Assembly: GCA_964270895.1 (NCBI GenBank)
Contig: OZ185439.1
Direction: 5' to 3' (one strand)
Length of the DNA stretch: 64,000 bases
Source of the DNA: Podarcis filfolensis
Taxonomy: Eukaryota
The position numbers were made by a program, and so were the translations under genes. A model generated the notes under the pieces. It was not told the DNA's origin and did not search any database. It saw only the letters and a list, made by a program, of their open reading frames with translations. This document shows, in pieces, positions 62,400-64,000 of this stretch. Positions within the stretch are counted from its first letter, which is position 1; every line of letters begins with the position of its first letter.

Positions 62400-64000
62400 A
62401 CATTTTCCATCATTGTAAACATTATTCTTTTGTTTGTGGGCATCTATATAAACTTGTTTAAAATATACAAATAAATTTTATGAAATTTTATTTCTAGTAA
62501 GCTTTGTTACCCTTTTCTCTTCCCACATCGCTAATGAAAAAAATTAATACTAGTTCAGTTGTCAAACTGCTGCAACAGCATAGCTCCATCTACGTTGATT
62601 AGAGGCTTACCTAGTCTACTGAAAATTGCAGCCCAGTTTTCCATACAAGTGCACAAATCTCCTGCAGTAAGTTAAAAGAACAGTAGGCTCTGCTGCACTG
62701 GCCTCCATCTTTACCTGCTTTGAAAAGAAGTGAAATGCTTTCCCATAGGAAAGTTAGCTATTCAGTCACAACAAACAACAGAATCAAGATATTAATCCTG
62801 GCAGTTTCTCATCTCAGGACCCAGGCATTCAGAATTTGAATGATCAGCTTCAAGGACAACTGAAAATCCTGCCTCAATATGCATGTCTTCTTAACAGGTA
62901 AATTGTCATCAATTGCATAAGCCACAGTACTGCTAGATAAAAAGTAAGATACTGCTGTAGTCCAATTTGAACAAGGAACATCTCCTTTAGAAGAAAAAAA
63001 ACCTTAGTAGCCTGTGAACTTTACAAGTGTTATTTCAAAAGTGTTGTAACTCCTACAATTTTGACCATATTACGTAATTTCATACCAGATTTAAATTTTT
63101 TCACATTTTTAGATTCTTTGGAACAAAGCCAAGAGGTTTTGAATTCTTTATTTTAATAAAAGTTAAACATACAAAACTGAAATCAACACAGTCATAAAAA
63201 TTACTTCCTCCTTTTGTTAACAAGAAGAACCTCTCTCTATGGGTGGATTCTAAGCTACTAGATATGGATTTTAGGCTCAAGTAAACTGTCAGACATTTAC
63301 ACTAATCAGTGCATCAACAAATGCTGATGGTTCCTGATCTTATTTAATTCAGAAAACAAATTACAAAAGGGAACTACAACAACATAATATACATGGGGAA
63401 TGGAGTTCAGATTAATGAGCAAGAATTACTCTTGTACGAGAAATAACTAAATCCAGTCTTGTTCATTAACTTAACACCATATTTTACAAAAATAATTATC
63501 TACACTGTATACAGGGCTATACGTTAACTTTTTGTGTCAGACACATTTCAAGATTGAGAGATAGACTACAACCCTAAGCAATACGTATGGCAAAGGGAAG
63601 CAATTGCATCCACAAGATACAAATAGGCCTGGACTTTTACACATGGTTTCCCAAATAAAATCAAGGAGGGCCAGCAATACTAACGCAAGTTAAACCTTGT
63701 AAGAGGAACCTCCTGTTGCATTTAAAAAAGCTGGATAAGCACACAAAAAATTCAGCACAATGCAGGTGACTTGCCATATTTACCAACATAAACGCACTGA
63801 GTAATTCTCAAGAGGAATAACTATTTCTATATGTAACATTTGACTCTTTGAACACTTAAAAGTGCTAATCAAACCTGCAAAGTGACTGAATACATCTTAG
63901 GAAGCCTACAGGTAGGTTCTCAAGACCTATAAATCAAAATGTTCTGCTCCTGACAATAAATATGCTTACCTGCTTGGCACTAGCAAGTGCTTTTTTTCTG
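62400..64000 (-). other. Probable distal 3' UTR of a convergent minus-strand gene (SMNDC1 expected from vertebrate synteny)
   Basis: Minus-strand AATAAA at 62487-62492 and 63147-63152, a UGUA upstream of the latter, and U-rich minus-strand composition. The MXI1-SMNDC1 tail-to-tail arrangement is recalled from other vertebrates. No coding exon is visible. Confidence 0.45.

Overview
Vertebrate genomic DNA, almost certainly from a lacertid lizard (Podarcis-like): it carries a full-length Sauria/POM-type SINE, a Bov-B fragment and squamate-type MITEs. The window holds the 3' part of MXI1 (MAX interactor 1, a bHLH-Zip MYC antagonist) on the + strand. Four coding exons are present: 20111-20140 (30 nt), 49950-50064 (115 nt), 52355-52526 (172 nt) and 55067-55230 (to the TAG stop). 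All have AG/GT boundaries and splice in frame into 159 codons plus stop, matching MXI1 from STHNELEKNR to VKLSFTS. I did not find the 5' exons (SIN3-interaction domain), so they should lie upstream of base 1. A long 3' UTR follows the stop. The last ~2 kb looks like the 3' UTR of a convergent minus-strand gene (SMNDC1 by recalled synteny; no coding sequence visible). The rest is intron containing DNA-transposon MITEs (hAT, pogo/Tigger, Tc2-like), SINEs, L2/RTE fragments, microsatellites and two N gaps. None of the supplied ORFs other than the MXI1 exon pieces looks like a real gene. I found no new gene system. The best leads are regulatory: a skippable basic-region microexon with repressive splicing motifs, a possible SID-only terminal exon, polyadenylation/miR-17~92 control of the 3' UTR, and two structurally odd MITEs. 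Motif calls were made by eye and are not exhaustive.
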